A stretch of 64,000 nt of DNA from Leucoraja erinacea. Its lineage: Eukaryota. Below, one piece after another: positions 1 through 11,333 of the stretch. Location: the NCBI RefSeq assembly GCF_028641065.1, contig NC_073400.1, positions 32,798,001 to 32,862,000 of the forward strand. The letters run 5' to 3'. Each line of letters starts with the position of its first letter. Within the stretch, counting starts at the first letter, position 1. The notes beneath the pieces are model-generated. The model was not told the DNA's origin, did not search any database, and saw only the letters and a list, made by a program, of their open reading frames with translations. A program made the translations under genes and the position numbers.

Positions 1-1405
1 CCTGCCTTCTCCCCATACCCCCTGATCCCTTTAGCCACAAGGGCCACATCTAACTCCCTCTTAAATATAGCCAATGAACTGTGTGGCCTCAACTACCCTC
101 TGTGGCAGAGAATTCCACAGATTCACCACTCTCTGTGTGAAAAATGTTTTTCTCGTCTTGTTCAGGACCGCTCTCTGGTTGTGGTAGGATGGTTCAGATG
201 CCTGAAAACAGCTGGGAAGGAACTGCAGATGCTGGTTTACACCGAAGATAGACACAAAAAGCTGGAGTAACTCAGCGGGACAGGCAGCATCTCTGGAGAG
301 AAGGAATGGGTGAAGTTTCGGGTCGAGACCCATCTTCAGACGTCTGAGTTACCACAGCTTTGGCAGAGGAGATCAGGCATCATTTGGCATCATGGTCTGC
401 ACGGACACTGTGGGCCGAAGGGCCTGTTCCTGTACTGTACTGTACTCTAATGTAACTTGCTGTTCCACAGTCTCCCTGTACTTCCACCATACCTGCACCA
501 GGTGGAGCATGGATACACCAGTGCCACAGGTTGGTGTCTAGATGTAGGGACTGCTACAGGATTCACCACTGTTCTCCCGGAACCTGATGTCCCCACACCT
601 CCTTTAATCCGGATTAAACCACGAGAGCCCGCTCGGAATCCCCCTCGGATGTCATAAGGTCATAAGTGATAGGAGCAGAATTAGGCCATTCGGCCCATCG
701 AGGGACGGTTAGATTTAGCTGTGTTCAAGAAGGAACTGCAGATGCTGGAAAATCGAAGGTACACAAACATGCTGGAGAAACTCAGCGGGTGCAGCAGCAT
801 CTATGGAGCGAAGGAAATAGGCGACGTTTCAGGCCGAAACCCTTCTTCAGACTGATGTTAGATTAGGTTAGATTTACCTCTTGGGCTAACGGAATCAAGG
901 GATATGAGAGAAGGCAGGAATGGGGTACTGATTGCGGATGATCAGCCATGATCACATTGAATGGCGGTGCTGGCTCGAAGGGCTGAATGGCCTACTCCTG
1001 CACCTATTGTCTATGTTTCTATCGAGTCTACTCCGCCATTCAATCATGGCTGATCTATCTCTCCCTCCTAACCCCATTCTCCTGCCTTCTTCCCATAACC
1101 TCTGACACCCGTACTAATCAAGAATCTGTCTATATCTGCCTTAAAAATATCCACTAACTTGGCCTCCACAGCCGTCTGTGGCAAAGAATTCCACAGATTC
1201 ACCACCCTCTGACTAAAGAAATTTCTCCTCATCTCCTTCCTTTAATTCTGAGGCTGTGCCCTCTAGTCCTAGACTCTCCCATTAGTGGAAACATCCTCTC
1301 CACATCCACTCTATCCTGGGCTTTCAGTATTCTGTACATTTCAATGAGGTCCCCTCTCATCCTTCTAAACTCCAGCGAGTACAGGCCCAGTGCCGACAAA
1401 CGCTC

Positions 1406-1735
1406 ATGGTAGGTTTGCCCGCTCATTCCTGGCACGCTGACCGGTTGCACCGTGACCTGGTTCGGCAACTTGAGCGTCCAGGAGTGGAAAAAAATGTTGT
1501 GACCACTGCCCAGTCCATCATCGGCTCTGACCTCCCCACCATCGAGGGATCTATCGCAGTCGCTGCCTCAAAAAGGCTGGCAGCATCATCAAGGACCCAC
1601 ACCATCCAGGCCACACACACTCATCTCTCCGCTACCATCAGGAGCCTGAAATCTGCAACATCCAGGTTCAGGAACAGCTCCTTCCCCACAGCCATCAGGC
1701 TATTAAACTCACCATCAAACAAACTCTGAACTATA
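1406..1735 (+). mobile_element. Rex1/Babar- or L2-like LINE RT C-terminal remnant
   Basis: TAQSIIG..LP and TSRFRNSSFPTAIRLLN. A related remnant lies on the minus strand at about 12278-12385. Confidence 0.6.
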
Positions 1736-2424
1736 AGGTCACCCCCCATCAGTCTGAAGAAGGGTTTCGGCCCAAAACGTCGCCTATTTCCTTCGCTCCA
1801 TAGATGCTGCTGCACCCGCTGAGTTTCTCCAGCATTTTTGTCTACCTTCGATTTTCCAGCATCTGCAGTTCCTTCTTAAAAGACTCTGAACTATANNNNN
1901 NNNNNNNNNNNNNNNNNNNNNNNNNNNNNNNNNNNNNNNNNNNNNNNNNNNNNNNNNNNNNNNNNNNNNNNNNNNNNNNNNNNNNNNNNNNNNNNNNNNN
2001 NNNNNNNNNNNNNNNNNNNNNNNNNNNNNNNNNNNNNNNNNNNNNNNNNNNNNNNNNNNNNNNNNNNNNNNNNNNNNNNNNNNCACACTGATCTGTTCTG
2101 TATTTATGCCAACAATATTCTGTTGTGTTGCAGCAAGCAAGAATGTCATTGTCCTATCTGGGACACATGACAATAAACTCTCTTGACTTGACCTGACTTA
2201 TTCTTGTAAATCTCCTCTGGACCCTCTCCAGAGCCGGCACATCCTTCCTCAGATATGGGGCCCACAATTGCTCACAATATTCCCAATGCAGCCTGACCAG
2301 CACCTTGTAGAGCTCCAACATTACACCCCTGTTTTTGTACACAAGACCCCGTGAAATAAACGCTAGCATTGAGTTTGCTTTCATCATGGAGCTGGGTCCA
2401 GGATGTTGCCAGCTTGGTACCTAC

Positions 2425-2539
2425 CATCACCGTTCTCATCCACTAACTGGAATATTCGGTCTACGACCTCCTCGGGGGAGAGGTGAGGGGCCCCATCGTC
2501 CGGTCCTCGGCGACATGCTGTCTTCAACCTGTAAATAGA
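2425..2539 (-). CDS. GUCA1B: GCAP2/GUCA1B-like coding exon 3 (start of EF4); last exon not found in the window
   Basis: ccag|SIYRLKTACRRGPDDGAPHLSPEEVVDRIFQLVDENGD-G|gtaggt. 115 nt, phase 0-1. Confidence 0.88.
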
Positions 2540-3127
2540 CTGGACAAGGGACTGGCTCACAATCCAGGCGTCAGGAACAGAAACAACAACAACATAACCC
2601 TTGCCATAAGGTCATGAGGGAGTGGGGCAGAATTAGGCCATTCGGCCCATCAAGCCTACTCCGCCATTCAATCACGGCTGATCTCTCTCTCCCTCCTAAC
2701 CCCATTCTCCTGCCTTCTCCCCATAACCCCTGACACCCGCACTGATCTAGAATCTATCTATCGCTGCCTTAAATATATCCACTGACTTGTGGCCTCTACA
2801 GCCGTCTGTGGCAAAGAATTCCCACAGATTCACCACCCTCTGGCTAAAGAAATTCCTCCTCATCTCCTTCATATAAAAACGTCCTTTAATTCTGAGGCTG
2901 TGCCCTCTGGTCCTAGACTCTCTCATTAGTAGAAACATCCTCTCCACATCCACTCTATCCAAGTCTTTCACCATTCTGCACGTTTCAATGTGGTACCCGC
3001 TCATCCTTTAATTCTGAGGCTGAGACCTCTACATCTAGACCAGGGGTTCCCAACCTTTTTGTCCCGTTTACCCCCGGCAACTTTAATAGCACATGACAAT
3101 GTTACTTCACTTATTTATAAACAACTA

Positions 3128-3866
3128 ATAGACAATATGTGCAGGAGTAGAGGCCATTCGGCCCTTCGAGCCAGCACCGCCATTCAATGTGATCATGGCT
3201 GATCATCCCCAATCAGTACCCCGTTCCTGCCTTCTCCCCATATCCCCTGACTCCGCTATCTTTAAGAGCCCTATCTAGCTCTCTCTTGAAAGCATCCAGA
3301 GAACCTGCCTCCACCGCCCTCTGAGGCAGAGAATTCCACAGACTCACCACTCTCTGTGTGAAAAAGTGTTTCCTCGTCTCCGTTTTAAATGGCTTGCCCC
3401 TTATTCTTAAACTGTGACCCCTGGTTCTGGCTCCCCCAACATCGGGAACATGTTTCCTGCCTCTAGCGTGTCCAATCCCTTAATAATCATATGTTTCAAT
3501 AAGATATCCTCTCATCCTTCTAAATTCCAGAGTATATAAGCCTATTCTCTCAGCATATGACAGTCCCTCCATCCCGGGAATTAACCTTGTAAACCTACAC
3601 TGCACTCAATCAATAGCAAGAATGTCCTTCCTCAAATTAGGGGACCAAAACTGCACACAATACTCCAGGTGTGGTCTCACTAGGGCTCCGTACAACTGCA
3701 GAAGGACCTCTTTGCTCTGATACTCAATGCCTCTTGTTATGAAGGCCAACATGCCATTCGCTTTCTTCACTGCCTGCTGTACCTGCATGCTTACTTTCAT
3801 AGACTGATGTACAAGAACCCCCAGATCCCGTTGTACTTCCCCTTTTCCCAACTTGACACCATTTAG
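3128..3866 (-). mobile_element. CR1-type LINE 3' fragment
   Basis: QRDLGVLV...KKANGML...LVRPHLEYCVQFWSP RT C-terminus and the shared 3' UTR. Confidence 0.85.
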
Positions 3867-4445
3867 ATGATGATGAACAGAGACCGGTTTACCAGACCCA
3901 AAGACAGTCGGCCAATGAGAACAAATATGTACACATCCACAATCAACAAATGTACCCCCTGGGTGGGTGAAATTTACCCCAGGTTGGGAACCCTTGCTGT
4001 AGACACTCCCACTGGTGGGAACATTAGTGAAGAACAGCAAGAAAACCTGGACACGCTAGAGGCAGGAAACATGTTCCCGATGTTGGGGGAGTCCAGAACC
4101 AGGGGCCACACAGTTTAAGAATAAGGGGTCGGCCATTTAGAACGGAGATGAGGAAACACTTTTTCTCACAGAGAGTGGTGAGTCTGTGGTATTCACTGCC
4201 TCAGAGGGCGGTGGAGGCCGGTTCTCTGGATGCTTTCGAGAGAGAGCTAGATAGGGCTCTTAAAGATAGCGGAGTCAGGGGATATGGGGAGAAGGCAGGA
4301 ACGGGGTACTGATTGGGGATGATCAGCCATGATCATATTGAATGGCGGTGCTGGCTCGAAGGGTCGAATGGTCGCTACTCCTGCACCTGTCTATTGTCTA
4401 TAACCATTGTCCAGAAGAGAGGCGCTGGACCGTGTGGTCACTAAC

Positions 4446-4595
4446 CTCCACTATGGCCAGTAGCTCGGCCTTGTCGATGCATCCATTGCCGTCCTTGTCG
4501 TAAACTTTGAATGTCCACTTCAGCTTGTGCTCCAGGTTGCCCCTCAGAACCAGGTTGAGGGCTGCCACATATTCCAGGAAATCTATGGTGTTGTC
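4446..4595 (-). CDS. GUCA1B: GCAP2/GUCA1B-like coding exon 2 (EF2-EF3)
   Basis: Hand translation: tttcag|[50 protein letters not shown]|gttag. 150 nt, phase 0-0, continues exon 1 in frame. Confidence 0.9.
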
Positions 4596-4831
4596 CTGAA
4601 ACAGATGGGGATGATATATAACATCGGCATTTCACATCGTAGCCTCCATCACCCAGACCAGAGTCCCCACCATCAATAGCAAGCCAGACACAGAGTGCTG
4701 GAGTAACTCAGCGGGTGCAGCAGCAGCATCTATGGAGCTAAGGAAATAGGCAACGTTTCGGGCCGAAACCCTTCCGGGTTTCGGCCCGAAACTTTGCCTA
4801 TTTCCTTCGCTCCATAGATGCTGCTGCACCA

Positions 4832-5113
4832 TAACTCAGCGGGTCAGGCAGCATCTGTGGAGAACATGGATAGGTGACGTTTCACAGAGTGCTGGAGTAA
4901 CTCAGCGGGTCAGGCAGCATCTGTGGAGAACATGGATAGGTGACGTTTCACAGAGTGCTGGAGTAACTCAGCGGGTCAGGCAGCATCTGTGGAGAACATG
5001 GATAGGTGACGTTTCACAGAGTGCTGGAGTAACTCAGCGGGTCAGGCAGCATCTGTGGAGAACATGGATAGGTGACATTTCACAGAGTGCTGGAGTAACT
5101 CAGTGGGTCAGGC
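4832..5113. repeat. 66-bp tandem repeat derived from the Penelope-type 3' repeat
   Basis: Unit cacagagtgctggagtaactcagcgggtcaggcagcatctgtggagaacatggataggtgacgttt starts at 4883, 4949 and 5015. Similar arrays at about 18925-19265, 31977-32226, 43595-44125 and 60424-60912. Confidence 0.9.
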
Positions 5114-5124
5114 AATTGATATTC

Positions 5125-5426
5125 TAGTTTTAGTTTAGAGATACAGCGCGGAAACAGGCCCTTCGGCCCACCGAGTCCGTGCTGCCCAACTATCCCCGCA
5201 CACTAACACTATCCTACACACACACTGGGGACAATTTACATTTACGCCAAGCCAATTAACCTACAAACCTGTATGTCTTTGGAGTGTGGGAGGAAACCGG
5301 AGCACCCGGAGAAAACCCACGCAGGTCACGGGGAGAACATGCAAACTCCGTACAGACAGCACCCGTAGTCGGGATGGAACCCGGGTCTCTGGCGCTGTGA
5401 GGCAGCAGCTCTACCCGCTGCACCGC
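5125..5426 (-). mobile_element. V-SINE (HE1-like), near full length, in GCAP2 intron 1
   Basis: Reverse complement of the same tRNA-like head, central domain and CTAAA tail. Confidence 0.75.
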
Positions 5427-5571
5427 TGAATAGGTGACGTTTCTCGATCCGAATCGTCACCTATCCATGTTCTCCACAGATGCTGCCTGACCCGCTGAGT
5501 TACTCCAGCACTCTGTGTACATGGCCCACCCCCACCACTATGTCCCACCTCGCCCCCGAGCGCTCACTCAC

Positions 5572-5781
5572 CCCGTTCTTGTCGAAGGCGCGGAACAAGT
5601 TCTCGATGTATTCTGCAGCCTCCTCGTTGTCCAACACCCCGCAGAAGCGCCTGAACTCGTGGAAGAAGAGAGTTCCGCTGGGGCACTCGGTGACAAACTT
5701 CTTGTACCAGTCCTGTAGCTCAGCCACCCCGATCTCTCCCTGCTCCCCGCTTACAGCGTCTACACTCCCTGCCTGACCCAT
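5572..5781 (-). CDS. GUCA1B: Guanylyl cyclase-activating protein 2-like (GCAP2/GUCA1B-like), coding exon 1
   Basis: Encodes MGQAGS...[31 protein letters not shown]...FRAFDKNG: N-myristoylation motif (G2, S6) and the CPSG non-functional EF1 of neuronal calcium sensors. 210 nt, ends at a phase-0 GTGAGT donor. Ortholog versus GCAP2-like paralog is not resolved. Confidence 0.88.
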
Positions 5782-6498
5782 GGCCCCGGCTTGCCCAGGG
5801 ACTGGACTGGACTGGACTGGACTGGACTCTCCTCTCCTCTCCTCTCCCTCTCCTCTCCTCTCCTCTCCCCTCCTCTCCTCTCCTCCCCCCTCCTCTCTCC
5901 CGGCTACCCGCTCTCCCTCTCCTCCTCCCCTCCTGCCTCTATCCTACAACCCCCCTGACCCCTGCGCCCAGATCTTCATGAGGAGTCTGTCCTCTCTCTC
6001 CCCCAGTGTGGGCGGGGGTCAGGTTGGTGTTGTAGGAAGCCCTCCCTCCCTCCCCTCTTGTCCTGCTGTGGCTTGTCCTCCAGCTGTGGCTTGTCCTCCA
6101 GCACACGGCGCTGGTTCTGGGACTGGAGCGCCCGGCGATTATCAATGCGAGATGTAACGTCGTCTCAAACAGGCCAATACCTGCTTAACCTTAACGCGGC
6201 TAAGTTTAGCAGGAGCTTTGCCACGACCTTCCCTGGGCACCTGCTGACCTTCAGGTGGAGGGCGGGAGGCTCCTGTCAGTGGTAGAGCCCATGCCTCACA
6301 GCTCCAGAGACCCGGGTTCAATCCTGACCTTGGTTGCTGCCTGTGTGGAGTTTGCACGTTCTCCCTGTAATAATAATAATAATATATTTTATAGTCATTG
6401 CACATAGGAGCAACGAGATTTGGTTGGCAGCTTCCATCCGACGTCATAACGGGAAGGGGATGGGGGGATGGGTGTACAGGCAGGTGGGGCACATGGTA

Positions 6499-6535
<37 letters not shown>

Positions 6536-7407
6536 GGGGGGGGGGGGGGGGTTGGGGGGGGGGGGGGGAGTTAGTTTTATATAAAATTGAAGAATTCACT
6601 GATCATACCGCTGGGGTGTAAGTTGCCCCCAAGTGTAATATGAGGTGCTGTGCCTCCAGTTTGCGCTGGGCCTCACTCTGACAATGGAGGAGGCCCAGGA
6701 CAGAGAGGTCAGTGTGGGAATGGGAGACATTGACATTCTGATCTATTAATAAGCACATTGATACTTCCCAGAATCGACGTCTAAAAGGTTCCGGTGCCGG
6801 TCACAGTCAGGGGTTGAACACACGACCACCATGGCGGAGTAGACTTAGAAACATAGAAATTAGGTGCAGGAGGAGGCCATTCGGCCCTTCAAGCCAGCAC
6901 CGCCATTCATTGTGAACATGGCTGATCATCCCCAATCAATAACCCGTGCCTGCCTTCTCCCCATATCCCTTGACTCCACTAGCCCCTAGAGCTCTATCTA
7001 ACTCTCTCTTAAATCCATCCAGTGACTTGGCCTCCACTGCCCTCTGTGACAGGGAATTCCACAAATTCACAACTCTCTGGGTGAAAAAGTTTTTTTCTCA
7101 CCTCAGTCTTAGACGACCTTCAATTCAATTAAATTCCATTTTAATGTCATCGCACAGATACAAGTATGGGTACAACGAAATGCAGTTTAGCGTTAGACCT
7201 CCCCTTTATTCTAAGAGTTGATGGGCCGAAAGGCCTAATTCTGCCCCTGGAATCCATGAACCAGTGAACAATAGCGGGGAATAGCCGTGAAGTGCTGCAC
7301 CCAGTGGCGGAAAGGGTCTAAATATATTGGTTGCCAGGGGACAAAGCGGGCCAACTTGCCATCGGGCAAAGCTGACACCCTGGCCAGTCCGCCACTGGCT
7401 GTACCAT

Positions 7408-8207
7408 AGAAACATAGACAATAGGTGCAGGAGTAGGCCATTCGGCCCTTCGAGCCAGCACCGCCATTCAATATGATCATGGCTGATCATCCAACTCAGC
7501 ATCCTGTACCTGCCTTCTCTCCATACCCCCTGATCCCTTTAGCCACAAGGGCCACATCTAACTCCCTCTTAAATATAGCCAATGAACTGTGGCCTCAACT
7601 GGCTTCAAATAGGGCCGAAACCCAAAGGAAATAGGCAACGTTTCGGGTCGAAACCCGAAGGGTTTCGGGACGAAACGTTGCCTATTTCCTTCGCTCCATA
7701 GATGCTGCTGCACCCTCTGAGTTTTTGGCTGATCATCCAACTCAGTATCCCGTACCTGCCTTCTCTCCATACCCTCTGATCCCCTTAGCCACAAGGGCCA
7801 CATCTAACTCCCTCTTAAATATAGCCAATGAACTGTGGCCTCGACTACCCTCTGTGGCAGAGAGTTCCAGAGATTCACCACTCTCTGTGTGAAAAAAGTT
7901 CTTCTCATCTCAGTTTTAAAGGATTTCCCCCTTATCCTTAAGCTGTGACCCCTTGTCCTGGACTTCCCCAACATCGGGAACAATCTTCATGCATCTAGCC
8001 TGTCCAACCCCTTAAGAATTTTGTAAGTTTCTATAAGATCCCCTCTCAGTCTCCTAAATTCTAGAGAGTATAAACCAAGTCTATCCAGTCTTTCTTCATA
8101 AGACAGTCCTGACATCCCAGGAATCAGTCTGGTGAACCTTCTCTGCATTCCCTCTATGGCAAGAATGTCCTTCCTCAGATTTGGAATGTCCTTCCTCAGA
8201 TTTGGAA
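7408..8207 (-). mobile_element. CR1-type LINE 3' fragment(s) interrupted by a Penelope-derived palindrome
   Basis: QRRFTRLIPGM..LSYEERL..LGLYSLE.RRLRGDLIE.YKI motif; the 3' UTR is duplicated around the insert. Confidence 0.8.
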
Positions 8208-10134
8208 CCATGTCCATATACATTCCCCAGTGTGTTCTTGAAGGCTGCACGTTGGAACATTAGTCTTCTGATTTGTTTAAGAAGGAACTGCAGGTGCTGG
8301 AAAATCGAAGGTACACAAAAGTGCTGGAGGAACTTAGCGGGTGCAGCAGCATCTATGGAATGAAGGAAATAGGCAACGTTTCGGCCTGAAACCCTTCTGG
8401 AAATAGGCAACGTTTCGGGCCGAAACCCGGAAGGGTTTCGGCCCGAAACGTTGCCTATTTCCTTCGCTCCATAGATGCTGCTGCACCCACTGAGTTTCTC
8501 CAGCACTTTTGTCTACATTAAGTCTTCTGATCTTCACCAATAATTAGTCATAATCAGTTATAAGGAGATTAGGGGTTTGGATCAGAGGGCTATCAGTGTC
8601 AGAAGGGATTTAGTTTAAGTGTGTCGGAAATAAACTGCAGATGCTGGTTTAAACCGAAGATAGACACAAATAACTGGAGTAACTCAGCGGGACAGGCAGC
8701 ATCTCTGGAGAGAAGGAATGGGTGACGTTTCGGGTCGAGACCCTTCTTCAGACATTTAATCAAGGCGAAGCATAGAAGGATCCCAACCCAAGATATTACC
8801 CATCCTTTTTACTCCAGAGATGCTGCCTGACCCGCTGAGTTACTCCAGCATTTTGTGTCTATCTTCAGTGTGAAACAGTATCTGTAGTTCCTTCCTACAC
8901 CAACTAGAACTTTCTAGTTACTGGGGATTTTCCCTTGATCTTCAAGCATTTGTTGTGTAAACATTGAAACATAGAAAATAGTCCCCTATCAATAACCCGT
9001 GCCTGCCTTCTCCCCATATCCCTTGACTCCACTAGCCCCTAGAGCTCTATCTATCTCTCTCTCTTAAATCCATCCAGTGACTTGGCCTCCACTGCCCTCT
9101 GTGGCAGGGAATTCCACAAATTCACAACTCTCTGGGTGAAAAAGTTTTTTCTCACCTCCGTCTTAAATGACCTCCCCTTTATTCTAAGACTGTGTGTGGC
9201 CCCTGGTTCTGGACTCGCCCAACATTGGGAACATTTTTCCTGCATCTAGCTTGTCCAGTCCTTTTATAATGTATATGTTTCTATAAGACCCCCCCCCTCA
9301 TCCTTCTATGTAAACATGGAAGGATTCTTGGTTTCACTGAGTAAGGGAGTTGCAACCAACCACAACTCCCCGAGACAGAAACTCTCCTTAGAGGATGGGG
9401 AACAGGCCCTTCGGCCCAACTTGGCCATGCTGACCAAGATACCCATCTAACCTAATCCCAGTCTAAAGAAGGGTCTCCTGCCGAAACATCACCCATTCCT
9501 TCTCTCCAGAGATGCTGCCTGTCCCGCTGAGTCACTCCAACTTCTAGTTGGTGAAAACAGCTGGGAAGAATAAGGGACTGAGACGAGGAAACACTTTTTC
9601 ACCCAGAGTTGTGAGTGTGGGATTCTCTGCCTCAGAGGGCGGTGGAGGCCAATTCACTGGATGCTTTCAAGAGAGAGCTAGATAGGGCTCTTAAAGATAG
9701 TGGAGTCGGGGGATATGGGGAGAAGGCAGGAACGGGGTACTGATTGGGGATGATCAGCCATGGTCACATTGAATGGCGGTGCTGGCTCGAAGGGCCGAAT
9801 GGCCTATACTCCTGCACCTATGTTTCTATGTCCCGCTAGTTACTCCAGCATTTTGTGTCTATCTTTGGTTTAAGACAGCATCTGCAGTTCCTTCAACTAA
9901 TCCCAAGGGAAGTGGGAAGGGGGGGGGGGGGGGAGAGGGGGTTGGGGGAGGGAGAGAGAGAGAGAGAGGGGGAGAGAGAGAGAGAGGGGGGGGGGAGGAG
10001 GAGAGAGTGAGAGTGGGGGTGGGGGGGGGGGGAGGGGGGGGTGGAGAGAGAGGAAAGAGGGGTGGGGGTGGAGGGGGGAGGGTTAGGGGGGGGCGGGGCT
10101 GAGGGCGCTGAGAGGGAGGGAGGGGGGGGAGGAC

Positions 10135-10320
10135 CGATACCTGACTCAGCGCCGCCGCTCCCCGGCGAAACCGACAGGTAAACGCACCTGGCCCCGTGAC
10201 CGTGCGTCAGATACACCTGGACAACGCACAAGCGGCCCGGGACAGGGAAGTGGAGAGAGAGGGAGAGGGAGACACAGGAAGCAGAGAGAAGAAGGACAGG
10301 TAGAGAGAGCGAAGGTGAGT
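10135..10320 (+). promoter_or_regulatory. IRF6: Putative IRF6 promoter and non-coding first exon
   Basis: Non-repetitive CpG-rich patch about 4 kb upstream of the first coding exon. Contains TGACTCA (10142-10148), CGAAACCG (10166-10173), CACCTG (10185, 10214) and an AAG|GTGAGT donor at 10315. No transcript evidence. Confidence 0.45.
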
Positions 10321-10681
10321 GTGTGAGAGTGAGGGGCCGGGACACGAGGGGCTCCAGGTGAGAGTCGGCTTTGGTCGGCAGCGTCTGTGGAGCGAAAAAC
10401 GGGGAGTGAGTGAAGAGGCCGGGTCTGGGTCTGTCCCTGCCCCTGTCTCTGCCTCTGTGTCTGTCGGACAGAACACCTTCTCCAAGGCCCAATGGGTGCA
10501 GTTTCTCTCACCCTCACCCCTCTCTTCCCACCGACTCGCCTCTCCCCCCCCCTTTCTCTGTTCCCCCAGTTCTTGTCCCCGTGTGTGTGTGGGGAGGGGG
10601 GGGCGGGTGAATGTGTATCCTGGCTGATGCTAATCTTGTTTACATTACAATTACAGATTCCCCTGCTGCTGTGGGTGGGGG

Positions 10682-11333
10682 NNNNNNNNNNNNNNNNNNN
10701 NNNNNNNNNNNNNNNNNNNNNNNNNNNNNNNNNNNNNNNNNNNNNNNNNNNNNNNNNNNNNNNNNNNNNNNNNNNNNNNNNNNNNNNNNNNNNNNNNNNN
10801 NNNNNNNNNNNNNNNNNNNNNNNNNNNNNNNNNNNNNNNNNNNNNNNNNNNNNNNNNNNNNNNNNNNNNNNNNNNNNNNNNNNNNNNNNNNNNNNNNNNN
10901 NNNNNNNNNNNNNNNNNNNNNNNNNNNNNNNNNNNNNNNNNNNNNNNNNNNNNNNNNNNNNNNNNNNNNNNNNNNNNNNNNNNNNNNNNNNNNNNNNNNN
11001 NNNNNNNNNNNNNNNNNNNNNNNNNNNNNNNNNNNNNNNNNNNNNNNNNNNNNNNNNNNNNNNNNNNNNNNNNNNNNNNNNNNNNNNNNNNNNNNNNNNN
11101 NNNNNNNNNNNNNNNNNNNNNNNNNNNNNNNNNNNNNNNNNNNNNNNNNNNNNNNNNNNNNNNNNNNNNNNNNNNNNNNNNNNNNNNNNNNNNNNNNNNN
11201 NNNNNNNNNNNNNNNNNNNNNNNNNNNNNNNNNNNNNNNNNNNNNNNNNNNNNNNNNNNNNNNNNNNNNNNNNNNNNNNNNNNNNNNNNNNNNNNNNNNN
11301 NNNNNNNNNNNNNNNNNNNNNNNNNNNNNNNNN
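10682..11333. other. Assembly gap (others at 1896-2083, 17417-17705, 17813-17955, 22572-22753)
   Basis: Runs of N. Confidence 1.

Noticed and set aside
457-657. Candidate for GCAP2 last exon or a separate small gene
   Set aside because: No EF4 completion or GCAP2 C-terminal motif recognised on the minus strand, and no recognisable product on the plus strand.
4832-5113. Regular repeat array resembling a CRISPR array
   Set aside because: Head-to-tail 66-bp units with no unique spacers, no cas genes, and a vertebrate context.
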